A stretch of 44,985 nt of DNA from positions 1 through 44,985 of the forward strand of contig CAXHFM010000002.1 of the NCBI GenBank assembly GCA_964016345.1. The letters run 5' to 3'. Position 1 is the first letter of the stretch. Each line of letters begins with the position of its first letter. The notes under the pieces were generated by a model, which was given only the letters and a program-made list of their open reading frames with translations, was not told the origin of the DNA and searched no databases. The DNA comes from an uncultured Candidatus Poseidoniales archaeon. GTDB lineage: Archaea > Thermoplasmatota > Poseidoniia > Poseidoniales > Thalassarchaeaceae. Below, in pieces: positions 33,686-43,163 of this stretch. The position numbers were made by a program, and so were the translations under genes.

Positions 33686-33984
33686 TTGACCCTAGTTGGA
33701 TAGCTGGATTGGGAGTAATACTATTTGGTGTAGGACTAATCGGAGTTTTCACCAGGAATAACGCCATAGTAGTCCTCATGTGTATCGAGGTAATGCTCAA
33801 TGCCGCCAATCTTAATTTCGTAGCTGGTACCATGCACTATGGAGACGTCAACGGGTGGGTATTCACTGCAATAGCTATCGCAATTGCGGCCGCAGAGGTT
33901 GCGATCGGTCTTGCAATTTTCCTCTCACTGTACAGCACACAACAGACAATTTCTCTGGACGATGCTACTACATTGAGAAACTGA
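33682..33984 (+). CDS. nuoK: complex I subunit K
   Basis: The protein is 100 aa with three TM segments and the motif GLIGVFTRNNAIVVLMCIEVMLNAANLNFVA. Confidence 0.9.
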   Translation: MIDPSWIAGLGVILFGVGLIGVFTRNNAIVVLMCIEVMLNAANLNFVAGTMHYGDVNGWVFTAIAIAIAAAEVAIGLAIFLSLYSTQQTISLDDATTLRN

Positions 33985-33987
33985 GGG

Positions 33988-36297
33988 ATGATGATGGGAG
34001 AAAGCAAGAACGAGTCTGGACTTCTGGTGTTCATACTTCCATTCTTGGCCGTCGTTCCAGCGCTATATATTCTGGAGTGGGAATCCCATGAGGCTTCAAT
34101 CTTGATAGTCGCAATTCCCTTCATGACATTCCCTGTGATACTAATAGCAGGTCAGATTTACAATGGGACAGAATACTGGAAACTTAAGCTGAAAGAAGGC
34201 GGAATACTCGCTTTGGGAGCTCTTGGAGCATCACTTTCCGCTTCTTTGTGGCTAGTCTACGATTATGTAGACTCTCTGCCCGACTTCTACGATCAACAGA
34301 GTATCACACAATGGCTGGAATGGGTATCCTTCGATCTTCTGCAGTCAGACTACACACTGACACCGGGAACCAAGATACTTGGGATGGGGGTTTGGATAGA
34401 TTCCATTACTCTGATGATACTCTTTGTGGCTACTTTCCTGTGCTTCCTGATATGCTGGTTTAGTCTTGGCTATATGAATACTGATCCCATCAACGAGGAC
34501 AGGAATCATAGGTTCTATGGGGAATTTGTACTCTTTGCTATGGGCATGTTTGGTATGGTCCTAGCTGACAACTTCCTTTGGCTATTCATCTTCTGGGAAG
34601 TCATGGGTCTTTGCTCTTATCTCTTAATCGGTTTCTACTACTGGAAAGACAGTGCGGCATACGCCTCAAAGAAGGCTTTCCTGACCACCAGGGTGGGGGA
34701 TGTCTTCCTCATGATAGGACTCTTCATACTGTACGATATATACGGCTCACTGGAATTCTCTGTAATATTCCACGATCCGTCACTTGATGGAATGGTGGAC
34801 TCTAACAAACTATTCTGGGCCCTATTGTTGATGTTCATTGGTGCAGTTGGCAAATCAGCTCAGTTTCCCTTGCACGTCTGGCTTCCAGATGCTATGGAGG
34901 GACCAACTCCAGTTTCCGCATTAATTCATGCCGCAACAATGGTGAATGCCGGACTCTACTTAGTGGCTAGAATGGTACCATTCGTTGACGTTGGACACCA
35001 CGGTGTGCCAGGTCTAGAAGAACTCGGACTGATTATTGCATATGTCGGTGGTATTACCGCATTCATGGCTGCTGCCATCGCCTTCGTTCAGAATGATATC
35101 AAGAAGGTACTGGCATACTCCACGATGAGCCAGCTCGCCTACATATTCACGGGCCTTGGCTCAGCTCTTTGGTTCTACAACAATGATGAACACCATGCTG
35201 CCATAGTGGTCTTCGGGTCATCCATGTTCCATCTTTTCAATCATGCTATGGCCAAGGGGATGCTGTTCATGGCAAGCGGTTCAGTAATTCATGAAATGCA
35301 TCATGCTCATGACCACATACACCACGGGAGTGGTGAAGGTCACGACGATGATTTTGACCCTCAAGATATGAGGAATATGGGGGGTCTAGCTTCGAAGATG
35401 CCTGTAACAGCTACTGCAATGATGTTCGGCTCCATGTCAATTATTGGAATTCCTCTGATTGGAGGATTCTGGTCTAAAGAGGGGATTATCGCTGAGACTT
35501 GGTTGGCCGCATTGGAGCACGAGCCATTGATGTTGGGACCAGCAATTTTGGTATTACTAACAGCTGGAATGACAGGTTTCTATATGTCAAGAATGTGGTT
35601 TATGACATTTGCAGGATTACCAAAATCAGATGTGGTAAATCATGTACATGAAGAGACACCATGGATTAAAACTCCCCTAGTGATTTTATCCATCATAACT
35701 GCGCTCGGCGGTTTCGCATTCGCACTTCTAGGTGCTACGGATTACCTTGCTTCTGCTTACGACTATTCCGGGCATCTAAAGCTCAAGAAATCAACCTTAC
35801 TAGACTCGATCATTTACAAATTGGAGTACGCATTTCTTCCAGATAAGATGAATCTCAGAATTGTTGGCTGGGTTACAATCTTCCTTTCATTCATCGTGGG
35901 ACCTATTTTTGCCGCCAGGATACATGGGGGTAAGCTAGCAAAGGGAGAGTCCTCAACTCCCTTGGTTTCATGGCTGGTATCACTATCGTCCAAATTTGGC
36001 AGTCAAGATGTAAGTAATCTGTCAGAATCTGAGCTATCAGTAGCTCTGCAAAATAGATTATATTTCGACGATTTGTACGAAGGTATTCTGGCTAGGACAG
36101 TCATACCGTTCTCTGAATTCACAGCTTGGTTTGATAGGAAAGTCATAGACGGTATGGTCAAGCAAGTAGAGTCGAAATCAGTTCTCGGCTCTGTCCAAGT
36201 CAGGAATCTGACCACAGGAAGTGCACGAGACTACATCCTCATGGCCACTATAGGGATGCTAAGTATCATTGCTCTATTATGGGGGATTAACTCATGA
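33988..36297 (+). CDS. nuoL: complex I subunit L (antiporter-like); long form (769 aa)
   Basis: KSAQFPLHVWLPDAMEGPTPVSALIHAATMVNAGLYLVAR is present, together with a long C-terminal amphipathic region and final TM segment typical of NuoL. Confidence 0.92.
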   Translation: MMMGESKNESGLLVFILPFLAVVPALYILEWESHEASILIVAIPFMTFPVILIAGQIYNGTEYWKLKLKEGGILALGALGASLSASLWLVYDYVDSLPDFYDQQSITQWLEWVSFDLLQSDYTLTPGTKILGMGVWIDSITLMILFVATFLCFLICWFSLGYMNTDPINEDRNHRFYGEFVLFAMGMFGMVLADNFLWLFIFWEVMGLCSYLLIGFYYWKDSAAYASKKAFLTTRVGDVFLMIGLFILYDIYGSLEFSVIFHDPSLDGMVDSNKLFWALLLMFIGAVGKSAQFPLHVWLPDAMEGPTPVSALIHAATMVNAGLYLVARMVPFVDVGHHGVPGLEELGLIIAYVGGITAFMAAAIAFVQNDIKKVLAYSTMSQLAYIFTGLGSALWFYNNDEHHAAIVVFGSSMFHLFNHAMAKGMLFMASGSVIHEMHHAHDHIHHGSGEGHDDDFDPQDMRNMGGLASKMPVTATAMMFGSMSIIGIPLIGGFWSKEGIIAETWLAALEHEPLMLGPAILVLLTAGMTGFYMSRMWFMTFAGLPKSDVVNHVHEETPWIKTPLVILSIITALGGFAFALLGATDYLASAYDYSGHLKLKKSTLLDSIIYKLEYAFLPDKMNLRIVGWVTIFLSFIVGPIFAARIHGGKLAKGESSTPLVSWLVSLSSKFGSQDVSNLSESELSVALQNRLYFDDLYEGILARTVIPFSEFTAWFDRKVIDGMVKQVESKSVLGSVQVRNLTTGSARDYILMATIGMLSIIALLWGINS

Positions 36298-37886
36298 TTT
36301 CAGATCCACTGACAGTGATTACGATTGTTCCTTTGTTAGTCAGCCTCGCTCTGTTAATACTGCCTAAGATTTCCGGTTCTGCAGAAGGGCTGGCTAGGGC
36401 ATCCAGAGCCATTAGCATGGGAGTTTCTTTAGCAATGCTGACCATCACGACCATGATCTTCTTCGGAGAAATTGGAAATGTGGACTGGACTGACTACAAC
36501 TCGGGGTACTCCTTAACCAACGATGCTTTCGCTCTGATACCTTCCATTGGAGTTCATTGGAAAGTCGGTGCAGATGCCCTCTCCTTTCCAATGATTTGGC
36601 TAACTACCCTACTGATACCGATCTCAATGCTCGTCGAGTGGGACGCTAAGAAAGGCCATCTCTTCCATCCTCTGATCTTAATGATGGAAGGAGCACTGAT
36701 AGGAGTATTTGTTTCACTTGATATGTTTGTTTTCTACGCCTTCTGGGAGCTTACACTGGTTCCAATGTTTTTCCTCATCATGGTCTGGGGTGGCGAGGAT
36801 AGGAAATACGCCTCGATGAAGTTTTTCATCTACACATTCACAGCTAGCGTGATTATGCTAATCGGAATTTTAGTGATGTATTTCTATACCCCAGATGTCG
36901 CATCATCAGGCACTATTACAGGGCACACATTCGATATGTCAGTCATGGTCGCATCGTCAGATTACATTCCCAGCGAGGGGCTTAGGCATCTCGTTTGGCT
37001 ACTGCTTCTAATTGGATTTGCAACAAAGATGCCAAGCGTCCCTGTTCACACTTGGCTTCCAGATGCACACGTACAGGCTCCTACTGCCGGCTCAATGCTA
37101 CTGGCAGGAGTCATGCTAAAGATGGGAGCATATGGATTCCTGAGAATAGCCGTCTCTGCGTTCCCTGAATCCACAGTCGCATTCATCCCTTTGCTAATCT
37201 TCCTTGGAATGGCCAGCCTAGTTTACGGGGCTTGGGTATGCATGGGTCAGACTAATCTGAAGAGAATGGTGGCTTACTCATCGGTATCTCATATGGGACT
37301 TATATTCCTGGGAATCGCTACTATGCAACCACTGGGCATTGCAGGTGCCCTATTCATGATGTTCGCACATGGTATCATCAGTCCTCTTCTCTTTGCTGTC
37401 GCTGGTTCTTTCAAGCACCACTATCATACACTAGAAATAGGCTCCATGAGAGGAATAGCACACCACAGTCCATGGCTCGCCGCACACATGATGCTAGGGT
37501 GGATGGCTAGCTTAGGGCTTCCACTATTAGCAGGGTTCGTGGCCGAAGTAACAATACTAATCGCCTTCTGGATGTCATTCGGATGGCTCGTGCTGCTTCC
37601 AACCCTGACACTAATAATCACAGCTGTATACTATCTTACGTCAATGCAGAAGACCATTTTCGAATCTAATAACCCTCATCATGGAATTCTCCCAGATAGC
37701 CTTCATGGGGAAGATCCAAGGGACATCTCATGGCATGAAAATTCTGGAATGATCATTCTAGGAGCACTTACTATTCTTTTTGGAATACTCCCATTCATAT
37801 TCTGGGATATGATGTCCGAATGGAGCTCCGGATTCCTAATCGATACTTTGGTTGATGCTTTGCAATCAGAGGGGGTGAAGCCTTGA
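36294..37886 (+). CDS. nuoM: complex I subunit M (antiporter-like)
   Basis: KMPSVPVHTWLPDAHVQAPTAGSMLLAGVMLKMGAYGFLR is present. The start overlaps the nuoL stop by ATGA. Confidence 0.92.
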   Translation: MISDPLTVITIVPLLVSLALLILPKISGSAEGLARASRAISMGVSLAMLTITTMIFFGEIGNVDWTDYNSGYSLTNDAFALIPSIGVHWKVGADALSFPMIWLTTLLIPISMLVEWDAKKGHLFHPLILMMEGALIGVFVSLDMFVFYAFWELTLVPMFFLIMVWGGEDRKYASMKFFIYTFTASVIMLIGILVMYFYTPDVASSGTITGHTFDMSVMVASSDYIPSEGLRHLVWLLLLIGFATKMPSVPVHTWLPDAHVQAPTAGSMLLAGVMLKMGAYGFLRIAVSAFPESTVAFIPLLIFLGMASLVYGAWVCMGQTNLKRMVAYSSVSHMGLIFLGIATMQPLGIAGALFMMFAHGIISPLLFAVAGSFKHHYHTLEIGSMRGIAHHSPWLAAHMMLGWMASLGLPLLAGFVAEVTILIAFWMSFGWLVLLPTLTLIITAVYYLTSMQKTIFESNNPHHGILPDSLHGEDPRDISWHENSGMIILGALTILFGILPFIFWDMMSEWSSGFLIDTLVDALQSEGVKP

Positions 37887-39586
37887 ATTCGATAGGTCAG
37901 CTTTCTCTTGATTCAGAAACTGCATCATCCATGATGCCCGAACTAATAATGCTCCTAGGACTCATTGCCATCGTAGTCGTCCCAAATCTAGGTGATGCCA
38001 AATTCAGACTGCCCCTGACATCAATTAGAGTACCCGTACTTCTGGGTGGATCAAGATTTGATCTAACCAATGACCCAAGAATGCCAAATAGGATTTCAAA
38101 TCTGACATTCTCCTTGGCCCTCCTATCCTCATTACTGCTCATATCAAGATCGCCAAGTGAGGTCGGAGGGATTCTAGTGGTTGATAGTTTCAGTAGGTTA
38201 TTCTCAACCATGTTCCTTGCTGCACTTCTGTTGGTCAGCATTGCAACTACGCATCGACTCCCCGCGACGACAAATGCACATATTCCAAAAGAGTCAGACT
38301 CAGAGAAAGTATTCGATAGAAAAATCTCCATCCTCATAGACAATAGGAGACAAGTAGATTTCTACATACTCCTGATTATGGTTGGCCTAGGTATGACCAT
38401 GATGACAATGGCAGCAAATTTATTCATGCTCATAGTCTGTATTGAACTGGCATCTCTCTCAACATATGTCCTAGTTGCTTTCCACAAGGAAGACGGTACT
38501 GGAGGTGAGGCTGGTGCGAAATACTTCATCGTGGGATCGGTCGCTTCTGCTATAGGTATTTACGGAATGTCGCTACTTTATCTTTGGTCGGGAAGCCTAG
38601 ATCTGGAAATATTGAGGCAAAGCTGGCTTTCAATGGATGGCATAGATCCCTTTGCGGCTTTTGGTATCGGTATGATGCTAGTGGCATTTGGGTTCAAAGT
38701 CAGCGCAGCCCCATTCCACTTGGCGGCTCCCGATGCATACTCTGGAGCCGCTTCCCAAGTGTCAGGACTACTGGCAACTGCATCCAAGGCCATGGGATTC
38801 TTAGCATTGTTCAGGGTGCTTGTGATGATTACTGTTCCAGATGGCTCTGAGGCAATATGGATGATTGCACTGGGTATCTTCGCAATTGTAACGATGACCT
38901 GGGGGAACCTGGCCGCTTTAACCAGTGAGAACCCAAAAAGGATGCTTGCTTACTCCAGTGTAGCTCATGCAGGGTACATGCTGGCCGCCATTGCAGTAGT
39001 AGGAAGCGGAATCTCAAGTGTGGATCAAAACGCAATCATTCTAACAGCTGTTTCATTCCATCTGTTCGTTCTAGTTCTCTTCAAGTTGGGTGCTTTCCTA
39101 GTCCTAGCTCTACTGGAGACTGAAGGAAAGGGACACGAGATAGAGCATCTTTACGGTTTAGGAAGAAGAGATCCCCTAATTGCAGGCTCCATGTTTTTGT
39201 TTGTTCTCTCTCTTGCAGGAGTTCCACCACTGTCAGGATTCCTCTCGAAACTTTTGATGATCAATGGAATAGTCTCTACCGCGGCATCCACTGGCTCTTC
39301 CAGTAGCGTTGACATAGTTTCATGGGCCGAGTCTGTAGATCCGTTATTCTGGTTAGCAGCCGCAATCGTACTGAATAGCGCTCTCTCTCTGTTCTACTAC
39401 CTCAGAATAGGATTAGTGATGTTCTTTGAAGAGCCGTCAACCGAGAAATCGCTCAGAGCGGCTTCTTCACTCAGAATGGCTATTTTCACGTGCGCCCTAC
39501 TGACTTTAATGTGTGGAATTGGTCCGGTCAGTGAGTGGCTATTGGATACTGTTTCTTCAGCAATAGACTCACTCATCTATGAGTGA
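37883..39586 (+). CDS. nuoN: complex I subunit N (antiporter-like)
   Basis: FKVSAAPFHLAAPDAYSGAASQVSGLLATASKAMGF and KRMLAYSSVAHAGYML are present. The TTG start overlaps the nuoM stop. An in-frame ATG 16 codons downstream is an alternative. Confidence 0.9.
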   Translation: MNSIGQLSLDSETASSMMPELIMLLGLIAIVVVPNLGDAKFRLPLTSIRVPVLLGGSRFDLTNDPRMPNRISNLTFSLALLSSLLLISRSPSEVGGILVVDSFSRLFSTMFLAALLLVSIATTHRLPATTNAHIPKESDSEKVFDRKISILIDNRRQVDFYILLIMVGLGMTMMTMAANLFMLIVCIELASLSTYVLVAFHKEDGTGGEAGAKYFIVGSVASAIGIYGMSLLYLWSGSLDLEILRQSWLSMDGIDPFAAFGIGMMLVAFGFKVSAAPFHLAAPDAYSGAASQVSGLLATASKAMGFLALFRVLVMITVPDGSEAIWMIALGIFAIVTMTWGNLAALTSENPKRMLAYSSVAHAGYMLAAIAVVGSGISSVDQNAIILTAVSFHLFVLVLFKLGAFLVLALLETEGKGHEIEHLYGLGRRDPLIAGSMFLFVLSLAGVPPLSGFLSKLLMINGIVSTAASTGSSSSVDIVSWAESVDPLFWLAAAIVLNSALSLFYYLRIGLVMFFEEPSTEKSLRAASSLRMAIFTCALLTLMCGIGPVSEWLLDTVSSAIDSLIYE

Positions 39587-40145
39587 TGATGCTCAACTTC
39601 ACATAGGGGACTCTCAACGGAGTCTCGTGGCACGTAGGGAGGAGAAGGTCGACTTCGAGCGACTAGCTCAGCTAGAGTCTGGATCAGGAGATAGAATCAG
39701 GGTCCCTCTTCCAAATAGAAAGGTGAACGAGATGTTTGCTATCGCCGATGAGATATTGGGTGGAAGAAGAATAAGGGCGGTTTGCGAAGACGGCCTCAGC
39801 AGGATTTCTAGAATTCCCGGAAAGATGAGAAGAAGGCAATGGGTAAGAGAAGGGGATCTCATAGTTGTACAACCATGGGATTTCCAGGATGAGAAGGCAA
39901 ATGTATGCATGAGATATACCAAGACTCAGTCCCTGTATCTATCAAGAAAGGGAGCTCTTCCAGAGATTGTTGACCTTTTCGGCCTATCAGAGGACAGAAC
40001 AGACATCCAAGAAGAAGATATTTCAGAGAATATTGATGATGAGGTTCAAGAAACAGCTAAGCTTCCTGAAGAATCTACTGAGAAGGTCGAAAATCCTCCT
40101 TCCTCAAGTAATGATGAGGACGATATAGACTCATTCTTTGGGTGA
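39579..40145 (+). CDS. eif1a: translation initiation factor aIF1A with N- and C-terminal extensions (188 aa)
   Basis: The S1/OB core is RIRVPLPNRKVNEMFAIADEILGGRRIRAVCEDGLSRISRIPGKMRRRQWVREGDLIVVQPWDFQDEKANVCMRYT. The ATG lies 8 nt inside the nuoN 3' end. Confidence 0.88.
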   Translation: MSDDAQLHIGDSQRSLVARREEKVDFERLAQLESGSGDRIRVPLPNRKVNEMFAIADEILGGRRIRAVCEDGLSRISRIPGKMRRRQWVREGDLIVVQPWDFQDEKANVCMRYTKTQSLYLSRKGALPEIVDLFGLSEDRTDIQEEDISENIDDEVQETAKLPEESTEKVENPPSSSNDEDDIDSFFG

Positions 40146-40149
40146 GAAA

Positions 40150-41028
40150 ATGGATTTTGATGAGCATTGGGACGAAGACCCGGATGCAATAATGAAATCT
40201 CAGACTAAACATGACTGGATGTCCGAACCAAGATTCAAGAAAATCTTCAATGAAATAGAAGATGGACTACAAGGAGTCCTGGGCAAAGGTCCCTTCGAAT
40301 GGGTGGATAAGAGGGTATTCGACGCGGTTTTTGACAAGTCAACACTGCTTGCTTTACACAAACTGATGCAAAAGGGCGATATTGAGACAATTGACTACCC
40401 CATTGCAAGAGGTAAGGAAGCTCACGTATTTCATGCCACATCAACTAACGGTGCAGTTGCTGTAAAGATATTTCATACTACAAACGCCGTGTTCAAAGGA
40501 CTAGCTAAGTACATTGATGGAGATCCTAGATTTAGTGGACTATCTGGGAGACACAGGGAACTGGTCAATATATGGGTGAAGAAAGAATTCAGAAATTTAC
40601 GGAGAATGAGGAAACACGGAGTTAGGGTCCCCCTCCCAATTTCCTATCATAAGAATGTCCTAGTTATGGAGCTCATTGGCTCAGATAGTGCTGCTCCTAG
40701 GTTACGTGATATCGAGATCAAAGACAAATTTGAGACATTCACAGAAATGCTAGATATGGTCGCAATTACATGGCAGAATGCTAATCTGGTTCATGCGGAT
40801 CTCAGTGAGTACAATATTCTCTGGCACAATGGAGAACCCTGGTTCATTGATGTTGGCCAAGGAGTAACCGACCAGCACCCACATTCTGAGGAATTTCTAG
40901 TCAGAGATGTTTCCAGACTAGTTCATTGGATAAGTAAACGAGGATATGACGTCGAGCTGGCTGAGTGTATGCTTAGAGTTCTGGAAGAGCCCGTACCTAA
41001 GTTACAACCCCTTCCGGGCGGGGATTAA
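40150..41028 (+). CDS. rio1: Rio1-type atypical serine protein kinase
   Basis: GKEAHVFHATSTNGAVAVKIFHT (P-loop/Lys), LVHADLSEYNILW (catalytic loop) and FIDVGQGV (metal-binding loop) are present. ATG 40150 is preferred to the TTG 40138 in the ORF track. A GGTGAG lies upstream. Confidence 0.88.
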   Translation: MDFDEHWDEDPDAIMKSQTKHDWMSEPRFKKIFNEIEDGLQGVLGKGPFEWVDKRVFDAVFDKSTLLALHKLMQKGDIETIDYPIARGKEAHVFHATSTNGAVAVKIFHTTNAVFKGLAKYIDGDPRFSGLSGRHRELVNIWVKKEFRNLRRMRKHGVRVPLPISYHKNVLVMELIGSDSAAPRLRDIEIKDKFETFTEMLDMVAITWQNANLVHADLSEYNILWHNGEPWFIDVGQGVTDQHPHSEEFLVRDVSRLVHWISKRGYDVELAECMLRVLEEPVPKLQPLPGGD

Positions 41029-41053
41029 AGAAGGAGGCCCTGTTGATCAGACC

Positions 41054-41782
41054 ATGGAGCCAGTAGCCCGCATCCCCAAGGACCGTATTGCGGTAATAAT
41101 AGGCAAAGGAGGGGCGACTAGGAAGATGATCGAAGAAGCCTGTGGCGCGAAGTTGGAAATAGATTCTAGAACTGGTGAAATTTCAGTAGATTGGGCTGAT
41201 TCTGATGTTGATCCAGTAATCAGGATGAAGACTCCTGATGTCATACTAGCTATAGGAAGGGGACTATCTCCCAAAAGAGCTGTCCAACTTCTTGAGGACG
41301 AAATACACCTTCGGATGTACGATATCAGAGAATGGGTTGGTAGGCAACCAAACCAAATTAGGAGAATGAGGAGCAGACTAATAGGTAGGAACGGACTTAT
41401 CAGGAGTAGAATAGAGGAGCTTTCCGGCACTGAGATAGCCATATACGGCTCCTCGGTGATAGTTATCGGGGACGATATGGGCCTTGAGATTGCAAATCCT
41501 GCCATAGAGTCCATTCTAAGGGGGGCTGAGCACGGTAGTGTATTGCATGGTCTTGAGAAGGATAGGAAAAGACAGCGAATAAGATCTAGAAGTTTGGAGA
41601 GCTATGAAGAGAGGAGTGAGAAATCATCCGCCTTCGATTCACTTGTCCCTGGTCTTTCTGCAGCTAGAAGAAGAAGGGAGAGGAGACTAACGGACTCTCA
41701 GGTAAATCCCGAAGACTCTGAGGCTGTGAAAGAGATGCTGGAATTAGCAGAAGATGAGAAAATCACCTATGAAGAGGAGTGA
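41054..41782 (+). CDS. KH-domain RNA-binding protein (archaeal Dim2/Pno1-like) with a charged C-terminal extension
   Basis: Two KH-like GxxG segments are present (IGKGGATRKMIEE and IGRNGLIRSRIEE). A GGAGG lies about 18 nt upstream of ATG 41054. The position downstream of aIF1A and Rio1 matches a gene order I recall as conserved in archaea. Confidence 0.75.
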   Translation: MEPVARIPKDRIAVIIGKGGATRKMIEEACGAKLEIDSRTGEISVDWADSDVDPVIRMKTPDVILAIGRGLSPKRAVQLLEDEIHLRMYDIREWVGRQPNQIRRMRSRLIGRNGLIRSRIEELSGTEIAIYGSSVIVIGDDMGLEIANPAIESILRGAEHGSVLHGLEKDRKRQRIRSRSLESYEERSEKSSAFDSLVPGLSAARRRRERRLTDSQVNPEDSEAVKEMLELAEDEKITYEEE

Positions 41783-41824
41783 ATTCTTCCGCCATTTCTA
41801 AGTCCTCGACCTCCTCGTGGTCAT

Positions 41825-43105
41825 GTGACTGGTCGCAATTACGCACTCTATGACTATGAAAAGTGGTCTGTTTACACCCTTACTGCTATTACAACCCTGC
41901 TTTTATCAGCGCTCTTTCTTAACATACTCGACATCTCGAATCCATTAACAGATTTCATCACTAATTACTACGTCAACCCTGTTCTTGATGAATCAGGAGG
42001 GGATGCTGGATACAATCTTACCAACACAGTCACCTATGCAGTGGTATTAGCCCTATTCGTTGCGGCCCTTAGCGCATGGCTAAGGACTCTTGACATTGAT
42101 TCTAGTGATACCACACTCCTTGCATTACTTCCCTATGTCTTCTGGGCCGCGCTTGGAGAGGTTGTCGAAGATGCTGATATGTTCGACTCATCAATGGCAC
42201 CGCTATTCGTAAGTCCAAGTATACATTTCCAGACAGCCTTGTGGGTCATCATCGCTGGTTCGATCGGCTATCATGTCAGGAATTATGGATCTAAAATTAG
42301 TGATTCGGAGAAGGATAGAATTCTCGAATCACTTTGCATGATAGTAATTTTTGTTCAATTCCTCGTCTTTGGGCACTCCATTTCCTCTAGTGAGGTGGGG
42401 AGCCAACTAGATTTGACGATTTTTGCAGTAATTGGAATATCAGCAATCATGCTACCCCTCTTCTTCAGAGAATCAATCTCTGAATTCTCATATATTCAGA
42501 AGTCTGTTTACCTCGTTGGTTGCGGGGGCGTCTTGATTTTCTTTGGGGCTCTGGTATCCTTTGCAACAGTTCTTCCAGAAGACAAACTATCTCTTTGGCC
42601 ACTGATTATTGTGATAGGGGTGCCTCTACTACTATGCTATACAATGTTCTCTGTTGGAATAGAGTCTGCCAGAAAACTTTCCCAGAGAGGGTTTGTCGCC
42701 GGAATTCTCCCTGAGGGAATGTCTGAGCTAGACTACCAAGATCTCGTCTCGGAAGACAAGACATTCGTGGAAGACAATAGGAATAGAGCAGTCTTAGCAT
42801 ATCCCGTCGTATTTCTTTCAGTATCCGGGCAGGTGATGGATGGTCTGGCTACATGGATAGGAATTGAGTACTTCGGATATGACGAGAAGCACCTCCTATC
42901 AGCAAGAATAATCGAGGAGTTTGGCAACACATTTGGGTTTACAATGGTAAAGGCAGGTCTCGGGGTCATTATATGGTGGTTCTTTGCTAATGCGAACTTC
43001 GAGAACAGGCAACAACACCTTAGATTACTCGTCGGACTCATGATTTTAGTAGTGGGTATGGCACCTGGATTGAGAGGTGTCGGAAGACTAGTAATAGGTC
43101 AGTGA
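41825..43105 (+). CDS. polytopic membrane protein of unknown function (possibly DUF63-like)
   Basis: The protein is 426 aa with a GTG start and about 9-10 hydrophobic segments. The C-terminal region VMDGLATWIGIEYFGYDEKHLLSARII resembles what I remember of the archaeal DUF63 family. That is an unverified recollection. Confidence 0.5.
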   Translation: MTGRNYALYDYEKWSVYTLTAITTLLLSALFLNILDISNPLTDFITNYYVNPVLDESGGDAGYNLTNTVTYAVVLALFVAALSAWLRTLDIDSSDTTLLALLPYVFWAALGEVVEDADMFDSSMAPLFVSPSIHFQTALWVIIAGSIGYHVRNYGSKISDSEKDRILESLCMIVIFVQFLVFGHSISSSEVGSQLDLTIFAVIGISAIMLPLFFRESISEFSYIQKSVYLVGCGGVLIFFGALVSFATVLPEDKLSLWPLIIVIGVPLLLCYTMFSVGIESARKLSQRGFVAGILPEGMSELDYQDLVSEDKTFVEDNRNRAVLAYPVVFLSVSGQVMDGLATWIGIEYFGYDEKHLLSARIIEEFGNTFGFTMVKAGLGVIIWWFFANANFENRQQHLRLLVGLMILVVGMAPGLRGVGRLVIGQ

Positions 43106-43163
43106 ACCTTGAAAACAAGTATATTCGCTCCATTCAATTGAAGACTCGCACATCATCACGGAT

